A stretch of DNA of 38,555 bases from Trypethelium eluteriae. Taxonomy: Eukaryota. The stretch lies in the NCBI GenBank assembly GCA_051942245.1, contig JAVECL010000185.1:1-38555 (forward strand), in the 5' to 3' direction. The notes beneath the pieces are model-generated. The model was not told where the DNA came from, made no database searches, and worked only from the letters and a program-made list of their open reading frames with translations. Shown piece after piece: positions 36,650 to 38,555 of this stretch. The number at the start of each line of letters is the position of its first letter. Positions within the stretch are counted from its first letter, which is position 1. The translations under genes and the position numbers were made by a program.

Positions 36650-38555
36650 ATGTCACAGGCTTCGCCGCAACAGCAAGCTGACGCGCCCGACTCACGAAAT
36701 ACCTTACGACACATTCTCGCGGCAGAGCCCGAGGAAGACTCGCAAAGGATACAAGAGGCCGAAAAAGCAATAACACAAGATGAAGCTACGAAAGAAGCAG
36801 AGGACAGCGTCAAGACAGAGCGGGATGCTCGCTCACAATCGCCTACCGAAACTCCACATTACACGTCCACAACTCAAACGACACGGCGTAACGCGAATGG
36901 TAGCGTCTCCTCCGTATACTCGGGCAATAAGATACGACATTTGAAAAAAGAAGACGGTGTCCCTCTATGGAGAAAAGACATACAATTTGATTTTTTAAGG
37001 GCGGTATTCGAGGATACTACTGCAGTCTTTACGAGATTCTCGGATGGAACCAAGGGTCATAATTTCGCAGATGTATACTTGGACGCCATGGCAAAGAGTA
37101 GCAAGTGTAGCAAGATACTCAAGGACAAGCTGCTCACTGAGAGACCGTCGGCACTGAACATGGCTATGGTCTGCTTGCTGGTCAATGTAGGCAGGATGAA
37201 TACTACGCTTAATTGTAAGAGCTCGCTCTTGTCGCTGAGGTCTTTTTGAACGAACCTGACGTTCTTCTAGTCTTTCCTGAGATGCGAGCACAACTACGTA
37301 CTTACCATTCTATTCCCGCGCTGCAAGCCCATCAAGACCCGAACGCCTATAAACAGCTTCAGGACGCACCTCGTCTCAAGTCAATTCTCAAAGGTGCCAC
37401 TGAAGACATCGAACAGCCAAGCACGATCGACGATATCAAGGCAGCCAAGGTTCCACGTACAAATCCCGTCAACCTCATCTTTGTCCTCGCACAGTATGCT
37501 CCTAAAATCTCCGAGCTACATTTCCATCCGCCACGGGACTTCTTCGATCTTGTGATGCGCAGTGCACTTAGTAGCAAGAGTCGTGCAAACGCATTCTTGT
37601 GGCTCATGTGGTGGTATCTGGAGAGTAACTTTTCCAAAGAAGACGCACTGGCAAATCCATTTGGAGAAGGGCAAGATGGCGAAGCCACTGGTGGAATTCC
37701 GCTCAAGGTACCGCATTTCGACTACCTCACAGAGGAGCAGGCCAACTTGGAAAATGTGGACACGAAGAGTGAAATCGAGTTTGGCGAGCAAAAGAAGCAG
37801 GAGCGAGTGGCAATATTGGCGACTGATCCTCCAAATATGAGCACGGGACCCAGGAAAGGCCCTAAAAAAGGTGTGTGAAACGAGCTTGCGGTACACTTAA
37901 TCTCACAGTTTTTGTTCAAGCACTACTTCTACGCTCCATCATGTAGCGTTCCATGTCACTCGCAGACGTTCATCAAACACTGATTTTCTAATATTCATTC
38001 GAACAGGCTATAACACGAGCTCCGTGTTCGGCTTGTCAGACGATGGCAGCCCAGCTAGGGACATGGGCACTCCACAACCAGGTCAGTACTCAACACTCGT
38101 GCCGCTATTTGGCTTTCTAGAGGCACAGATTGACGATCTAGGCAGGGTCATTCACAAGCCTCAACCGTAGTGGCAGACACAATCCTTTCAGCGACGCGAA
38201 TTTTCCCTCTGACAGCGAACGCACTCGATCTCCATCTCCCGCAGCTCATCCAAATCAGTCGCAAACAATCCCAACATCAGGTATGAACATCAACACACTC
38301 TTGAACGAGGACGCGCCGTCTCCTGCTCCGCGCTCCAAACCGAGCAAACCTCCCGGACCTGGTCGCGGCAACTGGCGGCGCAACAAAAACAAAGATGCCG
38401 CTGCTGCATCTGCAAATACCCCCAACTCACTTTCTGACCGTCCCTACAAGCCTCGAAGCCTAGATCCCAACCACACAGCCGTCAATCCCATGTCGACCCA
38501 CGGCGCCTGCCGCAGCAGCGACGAAGCAGCAGCCTCTCTCCCCAACCCCAACCCC
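36650..38555 (+). CDS. IES1: INO80 chromatin-remodelling complex subunit Ies1, 3' truncated; exons 36650-37214, 37271-37870, 38007-38081, 38146->38555
   Basis: HLKKEDGVPLWRKDIQFDFL, MAMVCLLVNVGRMNTTLN|FFPEMRAQLRTYHSIP, KQLQDAPRLKSILKG, NPVNLIF and SRANAFLWLMWWYLE. Later exons give SDSERTRSPSP and GPGRGNWRR; the frame is open to the window end. Confidence 0.88.

Noticed and set aside
36176..36776. Minus-strand ORFs of 121 and 181 aa overlapping the IES1 5' region
   Set aside because: They have non-ATG starts, overlap IES1 or its promoter in antisense, and show no recognisable family.

Overview
Gene-dense, intron-containing genomic DNA from a filamentous ascomycete (Pezizomycotina). This is inferred from short GT-AG introns with CTRAC branch sites, a velvet gene and other fungal families. 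I see no prokaryotic systems, CRISPR, tRNA/rRNA or recognisable transposon. Splicing the exons by hand gives, in order: a truncated conserved-looking hypothetical gene, a SWIM zinc-finger gene, a small bZIP, a probable 3-exon orphan gene, a very large (1508 aa) WRN-type 3'-5' exonuclease divergent from LSM5, a SAM+HMG-box regulator, a DUF3074-like gene, a probable F-box-like pseudogene, HEL2/ZNF598, velB, mitochondrial uS13m, cyclophilin B, DED1 and a truncated IES1. I found no clearly new multi-gene system. The best leads are at the RNA-processing level. (1) An alternative 3' intron in cyclophilin B swaps an HVEL ER-retention end for a transmembrane tail, and the cyclosporin-binding Trp is replaced by His. 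(2) A splice donor overlaps the DED1 stop codon and pairs with a tandem AAG/CAG acceptor in the 3' UTR. (3) AAG acceptors look over-represented. All gene models and family calls are manual and from motif recall; no database search was run.
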